Shown here in pieces: positions 61,796 to 64,000 of a DNA stretch of 64,000 nucleotides. Numbering within the stretch: position 1 is the stretch's first letter; each line of letters begins with the position of its first letter. This DNA comes from Phaeosaccion multiseriatum. Taxonomy: Eukaryota > Protista > Ochrophyta, other classes. The stretch covers positions 1,922,001 to 1,986,000 of the forward strand of contig OZ218958.1 of the NCBI GenBank assembly GCA_965112735.1, given 5' to 3'. Under the pieces are notes generated by a model, which saw only the letters and a list, made by a program, of their open reading frames with translations, had not been told where the DNA came from and did no database searches. The translations under genes were made by a program, and so were the position numbers.

Positions 61796-64000
61796 GCAAC
61801 AACAACAACAACAACAAGAGCAAGAAGAAGAACGCCTGCAGCTGCGCTGGGGACAGGAACAGAACTCAAGAGAAGCGAGCCGCCCCGCTACTCCGCTGCC
61901 GCCACCGCTGCCACCGCTGCGGGAGCAGGAGCGGCACCGGCAGCAGCAGCACCCACAGGGAGCATGGCCATCCCTCTTCAACCTCCACCCGTCGTTGTCT
62001 GGGGAAGGCCATCGCCGGCCGCTCTCTTCTCTGCGCACGACCCCCCACAAGAGCTCTCTGTCTCGAGACGCGCTCCTCCGAGCAGGCCTCGCCTCGCCCA
62101 CGCTCTCTGTGAACAGCGAGAACACACACCTTTTGCGCTTCGAAGGAGGGCTTGTCGGTGGGCCCTGCTGCTTGGACGGATCGGCTTGCGTCCATCAGCC
62201 GCAACAGCAACGTGCACGGGCAGACGCAGTAGTGAGTGGTGCCAGCACGGGCAACAGTAGCAGCAGTGGCAGCGGTGGGCCAAGCAGCCTAGTGGAGCTG
62301 CTGAGGAGGGAGCTCATTGGGTTGGGTGCGGTGGCTACCCAATGCTCAGAGCTTTGGGTGCAGAACGCTCTACGCTGGGCGGCCTGGAAGCTTGCGGGGA
62401 TGGAGAGGTCCTTCCCGCACGTCTTTGGGGGGCGTTTGCTCACTGGACCGCACGTGCTCAAGCGCCTGAGGTATCGCTACGAGGTGGAGTTCAATCGGGC
62501 GCGGAGCTCCACCATCAAAGCAGGTATGTGTATGCATGTATGTATGTGTGTATGTTTGTGTCTATGTAAGCATGTTCATAGACCTGTAGGCATGAGAGGG
62601 GGTGGGGTTGGGGGATGCCTGTCTTTGTTCAAGTCCTCTGCGATGCACTTGCTTCATTCAGTCTTCTCGTCCTTGTCCACCTCTCCGTTTCGGCTCCGCT
62701 CTGCCACACACACACGTGCTGACGCCGTTTCCGTTGGACTTGCCTCTCCCCCTCCCCCTCCCCCTCCCCCAGTTCTGCAAGGGGACGCTGCTGCGTGTAA
62801 GCTCATGGTCCTGTGCATCAGCCGCGTGCTTCCTCTACAGCTCAGTGGGGCAGGAGCAGGAGCAGGGGCACTAGAGGCACCCTCGTCACAGCAGCAGCAG
62901 CAGCAGCAGCAAGGGCAAGGGCAAGGGCCTGTGGTGGTGGAGCTGACAGACGGGTGGTACCCGATTAAGGCAGTGCTGGATGAGGGGTTGAGCTTCTTCA
63001 TGGGCAAGGGTGTGAAGCTGCAAGTAGGGAGCAAGTTGGCCATCAGTGACGCTGTATTGGATCGCACCTCGACTTTCGCCCCCCTCCCTTCCATGTCTAT
63101 GGTGGGGGCAGCAGAGGATGATGCTGATGGGGGCGTTGCTGCCATGTCAGAAGCAGAATCCCGGAGACAGTGGGCTCAGACGTTCCCCAGCAGGTCTGTC
63201 CCCAAGCAGCAAACGACGTCATCAAGGCCCAAGACTCGACCACCGCAGCCTCCGACACCGACTGCCCCGGCCTCGATGAAGAGCGATGAAGGAGTCGACC
63301 CTCTTGAGGCGATGGCAGCAGAGGGAAGTGAGACACGCGGGCCCTGCTTGCGGCTCTCTCTGAACTCTACTCGCCGAGCCCGCTGGGATGCTCGCCTCGG
63401 CTTCGTGCGAGCAGGGCGTTCGTCTACTCCAGAGGGGGGGTTTGGAGCCTCGGGGGGCGCTGCTGCAGCTCACTCCAGCAGCAGGGACGAGCCGCTACCG
63501 AGGTGAGACTGGGAGCAGTATCTCTCTCTCTCTCTCTCTCTTGTGGACTCGCCTTTTTCTATTTGTGTATTTCCTCGCGGGCTTACAGTCTGTTCCCAAT
63601 TAACCTCTCTCTTGCGTTTCGCCACAGTTCTGATATTCATGTTGTGTGTGTGTGTGTGTGTGTGTGTGTGGATGGATTCCTTTGACACCAACTTCCCTGG
63701 CAGGGAACGGCGCTATATGGTGCCAAGCAGCACGGCGGGGGCTGGCTCTGGTGATGGCGCTACCGTCGTGAATGTGATGAAGGTGCCTCTCTGCTCCGTG
63801 GTGCCGGGGGCAGGCGTGGTGCCCTGCTGTGACGTGCTGGTGCATCGTGTGTATCCCATCATGTACGGCCATCGCTTTAGCAATGCGGCCGACACTGTCG
63901 GCAGCAGCAGCAGCAGTAGTGCTCGCTCTTCTGGGAAGCAGCAGCAGCAGCAGCAGCTGTTGGTGGTACAGAAGAGCAGCACCTTTGTGAGGCTGTCGGA
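56159..64000 (+). CDS. BRCA2: BRCA2 homologue (12 BRC repeats, helical domain, OB1, start of OB2); continues beyond the window
   Basis: FTTAKGRSVTVSEEAKAKACKMF repeats (FxxA motif); WVQNALRWAAWKLAGMERSFP...LRYRYEVE; MVLCIS, VELTDGWYPIKAVLD, LNSTRRARWDARLGF; DVLVHRVYPIMY. Exons 56159-56354, 56500-61310, 61434-62523, 62773-63502, 63704->. Confidence 0.95.
59110..61020 (+). repeat. Tandem coding minisatellite of 12 BRC units
   Basis: FxxA Phe codons at 59139, 59313, 59463, 59637, 59787, 59961, 60111, 60270, 60438, 60606, 60789 and 60948. Confidence 0.95.

Overview
Gene-dense, GC-rich, microsatellite-laden eukaryotic DNA, most likely from a flagellated photosynthetic stramenopile (ochrophyte). 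This rests on an FtsH-like protein with a signal peptide plus a Phe-initiated plastid transit peptide, an LRRC9-like gene and a candidate axonemal inner protein. I could assemble 14 protein genes by hand from splice sites. In order they are: a large TPR-like gene running off the left edge, a PWWP-Cys-rich-class II HDAC fusion, a membrane-anchored GH16 beta-1,3-glucanase, MED6, VTI1, a CFAP107/CFAP68-like protein, RPL18, an LRRC9-like protein, an unknown Q/G-rich putative transcription factor, a protease-less FtsH-like ATPase, a degenerate 2OG-Fe(II) oxygenase, RPT6/PSMC5, a bromodomain-ET protein and a degenerate GS-hydroquinone-reductase-like GST with a RanBP2 finger. A fifteenth gene, BRCA2 with 12 tandem BRC repeats, runs off the right edge. 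Most ORFs in the track are antisense or microsatellite artefacts. The strongest unexplained signals are: (1) a 15-nt DNA motif CAGTTGGTGATACAG dispersed on both strands and read in several frames inside genes; (2) a GGCGATAGCAGATAGCAC element at tail-to-head gene junctions; (3) two alternative last exons of VTI1, giving a membrane-anchored or a soluble SNARE; (4) the PWWP-HDAC reader/eraser fusion. No rRNA, tRNA, CRISPR array or recognisable transposase was seen. All exon models are manual and lack transcript support.
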